DNA of 63,921 nucleotides, filler included, from Perkinsus chesapeaki ATCC PRA-425 (GCA_013115145.1; 9 parts of 9 records of this genome joined end to end with filler, not necessarily neighbours in it); one strand, 5' to 3'; positions 32,933 through 45,567 are shown, numbered from the whole stretch's first letter. The notes: generated by a model not told the origin, from the letters alone. Numbers and translations: made by a program.

Positions 32933-35931
32933 TCACGCTTCTCCGCGGGCCACCAAGTTGCCAATGTCGCAGATTTCGATGATTTTGCTAACAACTTGGG
33001 GATTCAAAGAGTTCCCCAGCATTCCAATCAGCGCTCTCTCCGAGACCTTCATCCCAGCGAAGTCGGTGCACAGCGAAGCTACGATAGGGACCTTCGCTCG
33101 CTTTCCTGCGGGTTCAGGACATCCTTCATGCGTCGCACACAGAGTTTGGCGCCACCGAGTCGAGGTCTCGCCCTCCAACGGGAAGCCCTGCAGCCGGGCG
33201 ATCTCGCTGGGAGTGAAATATCTCAGTTGGCCGAACAATTCTGTCATGCTTTGCAAGTCCGAGAAATGCGGACGCATCATTTCATCCCAGGAATCCGGTG
33301 TGGTTGGCAACTCAGATTTGAGCAATACACTGCCTGTACCGTTGTGGAACTTTCTATATGCTTTAGTGAAGCACATTGATTGCAGCGATTTCGAGGAGAC
33401 TATGTCGAAGCAGAAGCTCGATGGCTTTTGTAGCGTCTCCTTTGGAACAGTGGAATTAATCGGCAGCACGTCTGCAGCATCGAGGAATTGTCCAACTTCT
33501 CGGGGAGTATACTCGCAATCACATTCTATCTCAGCCGTTATAAGCTCGAACCCATCCTCATCGGGTATAGGACATACCCGTTCTCTTGACGCTTCTGACT
33601 TCAGACGAAGCCCACCCCCAGTGACGCAATTCACGCAAGGGACGTTGTTGTACAGCACCAGTGACGGAGTCCGGGCATCGCTTCGTGGGACGGTTGGCAA
33701 TTTCTCAAATGCGGACGCGTCCCTGAGAGCAACCAAATAGAATCTGCTCCTTGAGTTTGGGAATCCAAATTGCATCGGGTTCAGCATGAAGCCTCTGTAT
33801 TGGTAGCCGCCGATATCTTCAAGTACGTGTAGTAGTTGGCAAAGCGATCGAGACCTCTCGAAGTGGACAACGTTTTCCAAGACAATCACTCGAGGAGGAT
33901 TCCTCATCTTCCCAAGAACCTAACCGGTATCAGTGGATGAATTCAGCTGCTCTTCAACGGATCTTGGGACCTCTATAATACGACCGAGTGCATTGGCTCG
34001 GTGATCATCTGAATCCTGTTGGTTTCCTTGCCGAGTGTATGGCTGGCATGGGGGACTCATAGTCCACATGTCAGACTTCATAGATTCAAACCATTTTACA
34101 CCTGAGAGGAGATCAATGCAACTTACTAATCACACGAGCTCCAAGTTGAACAAGCGCAGGTAACGATGACCGAAGTATCATATTTGTGACGCACAGCAGC
34201 CCTTCGGCTGTTGTTGCGTAGGTTAGGCAGCACCAGCACCACCCCTATGATTGATTGCAGTTTCAAGATTTTCCTTCAAGTTCTTTTTCAAAGGTATGAG
34301 CAGTTGTAAGAATTAGTTTGAGGGATGTGACATCATCCTGGATGTCCAGTCTCAAGAAGAGACTCTACCGTAGAGAATTCAGGCAGCGATCGTAGCCTTC
34401 TTTAACTATTCGGTTATCGATTCCTGTTGAGGTATTCACTATGATCGGATGTCAGGCCAAGTCTTGGCCGCCCAGTGACTATTCGACCCTATGTCGGGCG
34501 AGCACTCGCGAACCAAACCGAAGAAACATTTTTTCGCCGCCTGAAGCAAGGAGCTGAAAAAGGATATCCTATTCGCGCGGCGCGAGATCGCGACTCGCCC
34601 AGTCATGCCAGTTTGTTAGTGGCCCGACCAGGCTGGCCGTCCTTGAGTGAATCAAGTTTGCTAACTTCGCCGTGTCCATGCGGAAGCGTCCATGACATGG
34701 GCTCCATGCTCTCTATTGGATGGCTAAAAGGACCCCCAACGATTGGTGGTTCCCGACTTGTCCATGTACAATGCAGCTATGGGTGCCCCTTATTTCCTGG
34801 ATCCAAGCTCTCTTAGTTCCTGGATCCAAGTTCTCTTAGTTCCTGGATCCAACTTCTCTTAGTTCCTGGATCCAAGTTCTCTTAGTTCCTGGATCCAAGT
34901 TCTCTTAGTTCCTGGATCCAAGTTCTCTTAGTTCCTGGATCCAAGTTCTCTTAGTTCCTGGATCCAAGTTCTCTTAGTTCCTGGATCCAACTCCTCTTAG
35001 TTCCTGGATCCAAGTTCTCTTAGTTCCTGGATCCAAGTTCTCTTAGTTCCTGGATCCAACTTCTCTTAGTTCCTGGATCCAACTTCTCTTAGTTCCTGGA
35101 TCCAAGTTCTCTTAGTTCCTGGATCCAAGTTCTCTTAGTTCCTGGATCCAACTTCTCTTAGTTCCTGGATCCAAGTTCTCTTAGTTCCTGGATCCAAGTT
35201 CTCTTAGTTCCTGGATCCAAGTTCTCTTAGTTCCTGGATCCAAGTTCTCTTAGTTCCTGGATCCAAGTTCTCTTAGTTCCTGGATCCAACTCCTCTTAGT
35301 TCCTGGATCCAAGTTCTCTTAGTTCCTGGATCCAAGTTCTCTTAGTTCCTGGATCCAACTTCTCTTAGTTCCTGGATCCAACTTCTCTTATTTCCTGGAT
35401 CCAAGCTCTCTTAGTTCCTGGATCCAAGTTCTCTTAGTTCCTGGATCCAACTTCTCTTAGTTCCTGGATCCAGGCTCATATACCATGTGACACATGCCAA
35501 CACATGACCGTCAACACATGACATGATGGCATACGACCAACAGTCAACAGTCGACCAGTGAGCAAAACGATACGGATAACTTGTTCTATTTTATTTTCTG
35601 GGGTTGTACTGGCACCACCTGACCATGGCCTCACTGAGAATTTGACACCAATCCTATGAGTCCAACTTCAAATTTCACAGAGCACTCAGCAAGCTATTAC
35701 CAGCTGAAGCAATATTTTTGGGCTTCGGCGTGTCTCCATAGCTTTTTTCATAAACCTTATTCGACTCGGTATTAACATCAACAGCTGTTATTTTTTTACA
35801 CCTACTTTAGGGAATAGGCACGACACATTGATAGGAGAATATTACCGAACGCCAGCAGAAGCCAAGGCGCAGCGCATGCCTCCGATACCACTGAAGAGCT
35901 CTAGTACATTTACCCCTTCTTCTGATGCCAT
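32933..35931 (-). CDS. DNMT2: DNMT2/TRDMT1 tRNA(Asp) C38 cytosine-5 methyltransferase, 4 exons
   Basis: Exons 35931-35846, 35801-35701, 34101-33971 and 33919-32933 join in frame via GT-AG introns (44, 1599, 51 nt). Motifs: LELFSGIGG (I), AVDVN (II), MSPPCQPYTRQG (IV), LENV (VI), PNSRSRFY (VIII), the DNMT2-specific CFT (SMCFTKAY), LRYFTPSEIARLQGFP (IX), LGNSLN (X). Confidence 0.95.
34793..35471. repeat. 23-bp minisatellite (about 29.5 units) inside DNMT2 intron 2
   Basis: Unit GGATCCAAGTTCTCTTAGTTCCT. There are 30 GGATCC sites spaced every 23 bp from 34799 to 35466. Confidence 0.98.
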
Positions 35932-36193
35932 GAACGACCAGAAACATATAGCTAAGATGGCGATAAACAGACGACTTGCTTCCCGGTCTGACGGGTGTCG
36001 GAATACCCGGTCCAATCCATCACCAGATTCCCAAAGCTCCCGCGGTGAATGGGAATTCATCCGCAGAAATTTCCTGCATCGGAGTTTTCCGATGTAGGAG
36101 GCCACACGTACGCATGGGAGCACGGGCAACATTGCTGACGCTGTACTTCTAGACCCATCGATAGGCGATGAACAAGATACTCAAATTAGAAGG

Positions 36194-38041
36194 TCATTGG
36201 GAATACTGTATAACACAACCCTTCATGTAGGAGAAGGAGCCTTCTGGACTACGACAGTTCACCCAGTCAAAAAAAGGCAAGCCGAAGCAGCGTGATGGGA
36301 TACCAAGTTCCCACCGATCAACCGCATATAGTAGAGCGGGATTATAAGGAAACGGCAGGAAGCCAGTGGAGAGGGAATAATACAAAATGATTGATCGGAC
36401 TCCTGGTCGTGAAATTAGCGAACACAGATGCCTCTGCTAACGCCATTTTACGATGTTGCTGCTTGAACCAAAACAAGGCAATCATAAAAAATATTCAAAT
36501 GACTGTTCATCATACTTCACACACTTCTGGCCCGCAGCCGAGCAGCTCTAGTATCCCCATCGAGACGTGAAGTCTCGGACAATCTGTTAAATCTTACCTG
36601 ACATCGCATAACAAATACAGTCCAGAGTCGCCCATGCATCATGTCCAACTTTGGGCAAGACAACACTGAGATTGCCGCTGAATCTCGTAAAATCGAACTA
36701 TCCAGGAATATTGACTCGATGCGAGAAATCCTCAATCCCGCTTGAACGATCAGGTCCTGAAACCTGCCGCTTGACCACCCAATCTTCCTCATTGAGATTT
36801 CTCCGCGGCTTTGGCAGCTACCCTCTACAGGGTGCCCAGAAAAATTTGCTTTTTCGAATAGGTTTTTGACGAGGGCGAATATTTCGACGGCACGTGTGAC
36901 GTTCGGAGGCTCGTGAGAGTGTCTTGCTAACGGTATAAGACCCATGATGGTACTCAATAGGGCTGGCGCGAAATTTAAATTTAAGACTATAGAAAAGCGG
37001 TTACAATGGAAGGAGTCAGATTTTGCCAATTGTAAAATCGGTTCCATACCACCATGCTGAGAGGAGCTTCAATTTCGAGTATCTTTCAATTGGACCTCTG
37101 ACCGACACCTAAAGATGCCTTATTACCACCTCCCTTCATCCGCCCTCCTCACAAAGTTATAACATATCATTACTGTGATATACACTACTGGTACTACTGG
37201 CTATACTCACTGATACTAATATATACAATTATATAATATATACTATTCATTATATGTACTCTATTCAGGGTGTTGCGGAAAAGCGGGCTTTTCTAGTCTA
37301 GAAGAGTCCGTTTCACTACAAGCTGTAGCGAAACCCTGATTTCTGCAGAAACGAAGAATTGGGAATCCGGAATCCTCGCGTATAGGAATCTGTCCTTGTG
37401 TGGACAAATGATGGAATAATGTTGCATATCGCTCTGACAGATCGGGTAAAACATTTTTATCTGGCCATTATATACATCGCACTACATGAACTTGATGCCA
37501 GTAAGGTGGTATTTAATACCGCATTTCCCCCAAGTCGACCCCTGGTCACCCTTCTATTACCTCAATTTTGGATAGGATAAGTCTAAGACACTCATCAAAT
37601 GTATCGCTAGGTCGGCGAGTCTCCCATATAACTTCGTCAGAAAACTCCGCAGCCGACTGACGAAAGATACCATCTCGCACTGCGAAGATTTCACTATAGC
37701 CCACCGCTGGTAAAAAACTGTCAAAATCTCGGCTGCTGTATCGGTAGCCGGCAGAAAGGGAATCGCTGAGAGCGGAGGATGTAGCGTAAATAGCAGAGAG
37801 CCTACCCCGATGTCTCGGCGAGTGTATAGTCGCTGTTCAGAACCTGACACTTTATAAGTTACCAATTGGGAGAGCGGTTACCCGGGCTTGTAGAGGAGGC
37901 GAGCATGTGCTCGACCTCGAGGTGGCTCCTTTTGGTGATCTGAGGAAAAGTCGGTATGAAAGTGGTAGACAAGTAATACTCTTGATCGTCAGGGGAGTCG
38001 CAGACAGAACTGGGTGAGAGAGAAAATATAGAAGGTTCCAT
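36194..38041 (-). CDS. Degenerate SET-domain protein (SMYD-like), multi-exon
   Basis: N-SET-like RLYTRRDIGVGSLLFTLHPP (about 37832-37775) and C-SET-like GLIPLARHSHEPPNV (about 36942-36898, versus canonical NHSCxPN). Exon structure approximate. Confidence 0.45.
37266..37338. mobile_element. 73-bp MITE-like insertion with CAGGGT termini and ATT target duplication
   Basis: CAGGGTGTTGC at 37266 and GCGAAACCCTG ending at 37338 form an imperfect 11-bp inverted repeat, with ATT on both flanks (37263-37265, 37339-37341). Confidence 0.45.
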
Positions 38042-38406
38042 CGGGGGAGGGGATGGATACAGTTTTGGACTGGACGGTGATCTAAGCAAAAGAAGATGAA
38101 ACGATAATGGGACAAATATAATACTCGGTCCTATTCATGCGGACCTTCAATGCGTTAACCAATGCTGCAAACAGGGACATAATGAGAAAAGACTGCGGGT
38201 ATCTTGCACGGTCAACCATAAGATTCTTCTGCGACTCGACTAGAAAGCTCGGTCGCTCAAAAAGCTAATTCTCAAACTCGATTAGAAGTTCGGCTTTAAC
38301 ATTACGTAAAAAATTCATTCAGTAGTATAACCCGTTGGATGCTAACTCCGCGCCCGACGTCGCCATTTGTTACTAGCGTAACACAAGAATTGAACTTGAG
38401 CCAAGA

Positions 38407-38506
38407 NNNNNNNNNNNNNNNNNNNNNNNNNNNNNNNNNNNNNNNNNNNNTTAATTAATTAANNNNNNNNNNNNNNNNNNNNNNNNNNNNNNNNNNNNNN
38501 NNNNNN
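38407..38506. other. Artificial scaffold spacer
   Basis: N44-TTAATTAATTAA-N44. Confidence 0.98.
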
Positions 38507-38593
38507 CGTTGACACAGGAGTGGTCAATGAAGAGATTGGGAGAGGAATATCCATCTGGTGAGATCACATTTGATCAACTAACCCTACCATCGC

Positions 38594-40459
38594 CGTGCCT
38601 CCAGGGCATTCTTCTTCATATGCTGCAATATCGTTATATCCCAAGCTCTCTCCATCCCGTTTATGTTCACTACAGCTGGTTGGGTGGCTCTCATCACTCA
38701 AGCTTTCGCAGCTGTCACCACATTCATTTGTATTCAACTAATCAGAATAACTTTGAGGAGCGAAAGGGTACCAAACGATTGTCGCCGTTCACAGTGGTAT
38801 TGTATTTGCGTCTATCAGGTGGTACATTATGCAGAGCAGAAAGGCATCCCACCATTCGAAAGGGAATATACATTTCTCGGCGAATTTTGTGCCGGCAGTT
38901 TGGGAAGAGCTGGAATAACTTTGGTGAGCGACGGAGCCTTCCCGATGGTGGGTGTAATTAGTCAATGACTAGCCGCCGTACTTTGTATGGCTTATAGTCA
39001 TTCACAGCCACTCTCACTGGACCATCAAGTCAGCTCGCTCCATAAACCTCAAGTACAGGAAACGAGCCGCAATTTAGCGAGATTTTATTGAAATTTTCCC
39101 GCACAGTAGCTGTACACAAGAATGTTGTGAGAACACAAGCCAGGCAATCAGATAATTCAAGGCTCGCTTGTCAGGTTATATTCCTGGAATACTACACATG
39201 CTTATCAACAATTCTTGCAGCTATTGGACTGTGTGTTGAATTATTGCTACCACAAGTGAAAGGTAAAGTCCCCGAAGTCTACAGACTGTGTAGTCTGTGT
39301 AATTAGCCGAGTTCTGGATTATCGCATCTGGTGTGTTGACACTTATATTGGTATTAGTGCCTTGGTTAAAGGAGGTATCAGCAATGATTGGAGTCATTGC
39401 TATGATTGGGACTTTAGGCAGTTTGCTTGCATGGGTGAGTGGCAACCACCGAGGAATTGAAACTGGCGCTTTCACCGTGAAAGTTTCACGACCGCACTAC
39501 TGACAAAATAGATCAGGGAACCTGAAAACCCTTCGGGAACGTGACGTTCCGAACGTCTAACCAACTTATTTTTTACTACTTTTATCAGGTAGGATCGGCC
39601 TTCTCCATTTTACCAGATTCTAACTTTGAAGAGAACCTGAAGCCACGTGATCCATTGTTCATCAACATTGTCACCGCGGGAAGTTTATCAATCTGGACGT
39701 TCGCGGGAGCACCCTCAATTCCACCTTATACGGGGGTCGTGAAGGGTGAGATTAAATTCCTAAAAAAGCCTTCCGCCAAGTTGTCTCCAGGATCGAACGA
39801 TCGTCGAACAACCTTAATCATTTTTATTTGTTTTGTTATTGCTGTGTCTTATGTTGCCATCGTCGGTACAGTTGGTATGCATATATGTGAGGGAGTCTGC
39901 CATCCGTTCTATCCGAAGAGCCTCGAGGGTAAGGCAGTCCAATATTGCAAGAGCTAAACTCGCTCAACGTGAGCTCGACGATCAGGTTCACTTTCAAGAA
40001 ATGTGCCCACATGGCTCATTTACTGCTTGTACATATTCATGCTTTTAAGAATGCTTGCTATGGCTCCAATCACGTTGGTCCCGCTAATGATATCTACCGA
40101 GAGACTTCTAGGCAACGTCTTGGTGAGTTGTAGGTTCGTCGGATGCTGGTATAGTGATCCCACTATACGATTCTTACGTGACTGCTCCCGGAAACCCGAA
40201 GCCTACTTGAGTTTACGCTTACCAGCCGAGATCTGAAGCATGGACAAATTCGTGACACTTCTTCAGGTGAAATCGACGTGTACGGCACACCTTGTAAGAT
40301 ACATGTGGTGGAGATTCGCGGCGAGGTGCATTCTTGTCGGTCTGGCAGTAGCCGGGGCAATTCTGGCCAAACGCCAACTCGCCCATTTTCAAGCGATCGC
40401 CTCCGACTTGCTCACTTCGTGTAATTACTGCATGGGATGGTTACCCTCCGGCATGATTA
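38594..40459 (+). CDS. Amino-acid transporter (AAAP/Aa_trans-like), multi-exon, incomplete
   Basis: Successive TM-rich exons: AGWVALITQAFAAVTTFICIQLI, EREYTFLGEFCAGSLGR, ICFVIAVSYVAIVGTVG, PTWLIYCLYIFMLLRMLAMAPITLVPL..STERLL, WWRFAARCILVGLAVAGAILA. Confidence 0.6.
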
Positions 40460-40559
40460 NNNNNNNNNNNNNNNNNNNNNNNNNNNNNNNNNNNNNNNNN
40501 NNNTTAATTAATTAANNNNNNNNNNNNNNNNNNNNNNNNNNNNNNNNNNNNNNNNNNNN
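40460..40559. other. Artificial scaffold spacer
   Basis: N44-TTAATTAATTAA-N44. Confidence 0.98.
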
Positions 40560-41133
40560 TTGTCTGCGCAGATACACTATTAGTCACAGTATTAATACAA
40601 TGTACAGGCGACATAGCAATTTTGCTTGCAATATCTTAGGTTGAAGGTGGTAAGATACGGAGTAGCGTGACTGTATGTAAGACGGTTATTAGGGATCTGA
40701 GAAGATTTCGCCAATATTACATATTGGTTATTTAAAATGTAACATTAGAACATGTACATCGGTCTCCAGGGGTGCATTCAAGCCAAGAGTAGGGGGTTCT
40801 GAATTGACCTATTCTGAATCTTTGATCAGGTATTGGATGTGCCTAAAGGGATCGTCGTTGATAGGAAAATAAAAAACATAATAAAAGATTATTGGGTAAT
40901 ATAACACGGGAAGGCATACAAAATAAATAGTAAATGAGGCTTAGTCGGAGGTCGGATAGAGGGTAGACTCTCTCTGATATTAAATTGATAAAGATTTGGA
41001 GATGATATAGTAATAGTAAGGAGTCTTGTATTCGGTTTTACTATCACGTGAATGATTATTACCCTACCTCGTTGGCCATTTGAAAACTAAGCCAGCTTCA
41101 TCTCTGGGTTTTCTCCCCACCGGTGCCAGAAAG

Positions 41134-43400
41134 ATGCGTCGTATTTTACATGTATTCCGTAACCCACCAGTGATACACATATATGTCACATACATTTGGC
41201 GTAAAGGCTGTTGTATTTCTTCAGAAGTTATCAAAAGGAGGATTGTCAGTGTACGCTGCTCTATCGGCTGTACCTGGTTATCTCATTTCCTGTGGTATCC
41301 TTACTGCTGGTATAGGAGATATTATATTAAACTCTATGGGCATATTTACTGGTACACTTCTATGTGCTGCATCATCTCAAGCTATTAATCAAATGATGGA
41401 AAAAGATAGGGATGCTAATATGGCACGTAATTATTCAGGGTTCACCGGTGTGCAGCATTATGCACTTGAAAGCCTTTAATGAGGGAATTTTACCATAGCC
41501 GAGACCGCCATTGGTTCATACCGATTCCTTGAGTGATTGTAATAAAATGAGGGTTTACATATTTTTACTATCAAGGCATTACAGTCCTAAGATGGGTCAT
41601 TCTCATACCGACTTTTTCTCTAATTATGTGTGGGTGTAGGTACAAAAAGTCGTCCGTTGCCAACGGGCGCTATCAGTATACGTGATGCTGGTATATTTGC
41701 TAGTGTTACATGTAGTATGGGTGCAGGTATATTATACCATTTAGGAGGTAATGCGGGAAAGTCGGTATGAAAAGTCCATAGGAACGCGTTAAATCCGCCG
41801 ACTCCTTGACTGAGAATTTATGAATTTTATGGCGCGTGACTCAGGTCCGGTCCCAGCTGCTGTGGCCCTATCTACTGCAGCATTGTATACGATGGTCTAT
41901 ACGCCAATGAAGGTTAAATCGCCGTATAATACTCATATAGGTATCTGTAGAGAAATCGGTATGCACGCATGCACAAATCAGGTTCCATAGCTGGCTCTTT
42001 ACCGGTACTTATTGGTTTCTCTGTAGCGGGTGTTCCCTTGTTGGGCGATCTAGCACCATTTACGCTATTTATGGTAATAATATGGACTTACACCTGCACA
42101 CTTCTCAACATGGTAGTTAGTAGATACAGGACTAGTGGAATGACTAAATCAGTCGACGACGATCGTATAATAGTTTCAATAGATATATTAAATCTAGGGT
42201 ATTATAGCCTTGTATAGAACTGGCAGAGAACCGCTTGAGACAAGGATGCATGTGATACATATATACGCACACTTGCGATGTTATGCCTAGGCGTGTACAC
42301 AATAGGCGCATCTCAGGTTGAAGCTTGNNNNNNNNNNNNNNNNNNNNNNNNNNNNNNNNNNNNNNNNNNNNNNNNNNNNNNNNNNNNNNNNNNNNNNNNN
42401 NNNNNNNNNNNNNNNNNNNNNNNATACGCACACTTGCGATGTTATGCCTAGGCGTGTACACAATAGGCGCATCTCAGGTTGAAGCTTGCATGTTATACAT
42501 ATATACGCACACTTGCGATGTTATGCCTAGGCGTGTACACAATAGGCGCATCTCAGGTTGAAGCTTGCATGTTATAAGTCTATCTTACGTGAATGTTCTC
42601 ATTGTTCAGTTACAAACATTATGGCAATTCCCTCATTTTTATGCATTGGCGTGGCTGTTCCGTTGTGATTATTCTCGAGCTGGGTATCGAATGTTTCCAC
42701 TTGAGGATGAAACTGGCCATCAAACAGCGGAAATGTGTAATACAACCTGGTGGAATCTGATGATTGGATAATCACCTTTCTTCGATATCTCTTCGAACTT
42801 TTTAAAGGACTGCAATGTCGGGTCGCTTGAGATTAAATAAAGCTCTTCGGCAGATTTGCGTATTCATTTTTGTAACCTCTAGTCCGGTCTACTCGATTTA
42901 CTTGATATTGTCCAACCTCATACCGTATTTTCCTTTAATCTCCTCTCCTGTTTAGGTCGTCCATATATGTTAGCATTGGCAGCACTTCCAGTGGTAGCCT
43001 CGGCAGTTGGTGTAACAAGTTGGATGTTTGCCTTCTCGGGATCGGTAGTACCCATATCAGCATACTGGCATTTATTAACCTTAAGGGAATGGTATAAGAT
43101 ACTTCATTAACTTTTCCAAATCCACTTGGTTTTCTGCCTACTACTAATTTCGGTTATATTGTTGTTGTTGTAAACTATAGTCTGAAGTAGCCCAAGTAGC
43201 ATCCCAGCCTCGTAGCTAAGCTTAGCAGTTCATGTAGCCTGGAGTGAGCTGTATTATCAGGTTCCTAACATTATTTATTATCGTTATGGTTTCACCAAGT
43301 TTGCTGCCAATCCAAGTAATGCATCAGCCAGACGATACTTTCTCCATTCCGTTTGGTATTTGGCGGCTATGATGGGATTCTTTGTACTTCATGCTCAACG
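41134..43400 (+). CDS. COX10: Protoheme IX farnesyltransferase (heme O synthase), multi-exon
   Basis: UbiA/COX10 motifs across exons: GTLLCAASSQAINQMMEKDRDANMAR, KSRPLPTGAIS, LYTMVYTPMKVKSPYNTHIG, SIAGSLPVLIG, LWQFPHFYALAWLFRCDYSRAGYRM, ARRYFLHSVWYL. Start and end approximate. Confidence 0.92.
42248..42576. repeat. 79-bp tandem repeat in a COX10 intron, collapsed at N gap 42328-42423
   Basis: Unit ATACGCACACTTGCGATGTTATGCCTAGGCGTGTACACAATAGGCGCATCTCAGGTTGAAGCTTGCATGTTATACATAT recurs at 42424 and 42503, and also before the gap. Confidence 0.93.
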
Positions 43401-44345
43401 TAAGTGGAGCAACCAAGGGGGATATCTCAGGAAATTCTGTTATCGCAGTTCGAGTAGTTGTATTAACCGCATGACGGTTAAAGGAGTACTCGTGGATGGC
43501 GCAAAGCCATGAGTGGGGGTATTAGGATATCCTTATTATTATCATGTCGCTTCTAATGAGGATCATTTCTGTACCTTATGGACGGTATTTCGATTCTTGA
43601 GCTTCTAATGCATACTACTATACTGTATACACAAAGTACTCTCATAATGCATATACTGTCACTCCACCACCACGAGTTGTTAATCATTCAGGTCCACACC
43701 GTAAAGGTGTTGAAGTCATTGATGGTGAAGGTGGTGGTGGTGTATGTCGAAGTCCATGGATATTACATGAAATAGATATGGCAGATTGGAGAACTAAATT
43801 CCGATCTACATTAGAGAAGAAATGGTGTATACATGATTGGCTCAGATTTGATTCGAGTGTAGGGTCTAATAGAGTTGAGGAAATGCAAGATTGCAAGATT
43901 TGTGTTTATTCCAGGTTGCCAGAGAGTTGTGTCCACCTCGTCCTGCACCACTATGATGCGGGTGAGAAGCTTTTGTATGGTAGTTGAGCTATTTTGTATC
44001 TTTAGGATGACAGGCGCATGACGTGTAGCTTTTTTGGGTATCGTTTTAGGCTTTTTATGATTTGGTTTTAATGTTGAGTTGTAAAACTTTGATTAGATGG
44101 TTTGATGGTGGGCATCATCGGAGAGTTCATCTCGGTGTGGAGCGCATGATGCGAGCCGGCATTGTTCGAACTCTTTGCACTGGAATACTGTATAGGCTGA
44201 TTGGGAGATCACTCATTACCTCTCGACTGCTTTGCATGTGGGGTTCATAGGAAGTTGTGTTGGTTTGTTGCAGGCAAGCTTCATACGGTATTGGTAAGTG
44301 GAGTTGAGATGCCTATAGATAACGGTATGCTGGGATTGAACCTGG

Positions 44346-45437
44346 GTGCAGTTCCTTAACGATTACACTATAATGGCAGCTGCTCGTTTATCTATGATAT
44401 TTGCTCCATTGGACTGCAAGAGGCCTTCTAGAGATGCGTTGAAGGTGGCATCTAATTGGCTGTTGGATTTTTGTAGCCTTCCGTCATCCCGGAATTCCCT
44501 CCCGATTGTTGTGGATACGTTCGATATCCTTTCACGGAATCGAGCAGTATCTTTGAAGCTGGCTGAAACGGTTGGATATTGGGTGACGAGGGAATGCGCA
44601 CTGCGAAGAATTCCAGGAAGAGTATCTTTTGATTTATTAATTGCATTTGCTGGTGTTAATCGACGGCATGACGAGCTTCTCAATCTATTGTCGAAAAATC
44701 TATCGAGTGCGCTGGTTTTGGATACCTTTGGCGAAATCGAAATCTGTGCGCTTGCGGGAGCATTTGCTCGATTGGAGTATCTTTGCGTAACGTTCATGAG
44801 TGAGCTTCTGAGAGTTGTCGAGAAGCGGTTCAGCGATGGTCTCAGTTGGCGGACTTATGCTGTTATATTACACGCTTTCGCGACACTCAGATTTCGACCA
44901 GGTGAAGAGAACCCTCTAATGTGGAGTGGGAGACTTAGCTGGTTGAAAGCTCGAGACTATTCGGGTATTTTATGGGCCTGCGGGAATTTAGAATGGGAAG
45001 TCGATGAGAGAATTATTCGGCGCGCGGTAAAGGATTTGTGTTCGGCCAATCGTGACGTGACGCCCATTGATGTCTACAGCATTCTTATGGCTTTCGCTTA
45101 TATCGAACGGAGGCCGGAGGAAGTGGCGGAGATTGTGGAGGTCGCCGTCGGCAAAAGATACGTTCCTTCGGGAATGTTGGCGCGGCAATTGGCTGCTGCT
45201 TTGGCTGGAAATAGGGAAGTTATTGGCCTACTTGGATTGGACTCGCTGAGGGTTGCACTGAATTTATTGGCAACATATGAAAATGATAAAAAAGGAACAG
45301 AGTCTAGCGGAGCGGAGCATGAAGTTAGCAAAGTGATTGAGAGCATGGGCTGCTGCTGTTGGGAAGTGTTGGGATGTGTTGATATTGGATGGTATTCGGT
45401 GGATATAATTTTAAAACAAGTGGCTGAGTGTTTCTGA
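44346..45437 (+). CDS. Helical-repeat protein ending in a partial RAP domain (paralog 1, intronless)
   Basis: FASTK/RAP-like helical repeats (EICALAGAFARLEY; TYAVILHAFATLRF; DYSGILWACGNLEW; DVYSILMAFAY), then EHEVSKVIESMG...GWYSVDIIL*. The true start is probably the ATG at about 44373. Confidence 0.75.
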   Translation: MQFLNDYTIMAAARLSMIFAPLDCKRPSRDALKVASNWLLDFCSLPSSRNSLPIVVDTFDILSRNRAVSLKLAETVGYWVTRECALRRIPGRVSFDLLIAFAGVNRRHDELLNLLSKNLSSALVLDTFGEIEICALAGAFARLEYLCVTFMSELLRVVEKRFSDGLSWRTYAVILHAFATLRFRPGEENPLMWSGRLSWLKARDYSGILWACGNLEWEVDERIIRRAVKDLCSANRDVTPIDVYSILMAFAYIERRPEEVAEIVEVAVGKRYVPSGMLARQLAAALAGNREVIGLLGLDSLRVALNLLATYENDKKGTESSGAEHEVSKVIESMGCCCWEVLGCVDIGWYSVDIILKQVAECF

Positions 45438-45567
45438 AGTAATACTGGAGGAGTTGGTGAAGGGGGGAGAGATTGGGTATATCTTGGGCTCCCTCCTCAC
45501 CAGAGGGCTATTGAATGAATTCGAAGTTTATTCTTTTACCTTGAACAACTAAGAAACTTGAAAATAG

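Noticed and set aside
34793-35471. 23-bp array as a CRISPR array, or as a GGATCC target array for a restriction-modification methylase
   Set aside because: There are no unique spacers and no cas genes. The host gene is a spliced eukaryotic DNMT2 with the CFT motif, a tRNA methylase family, not an R-M enzyme.
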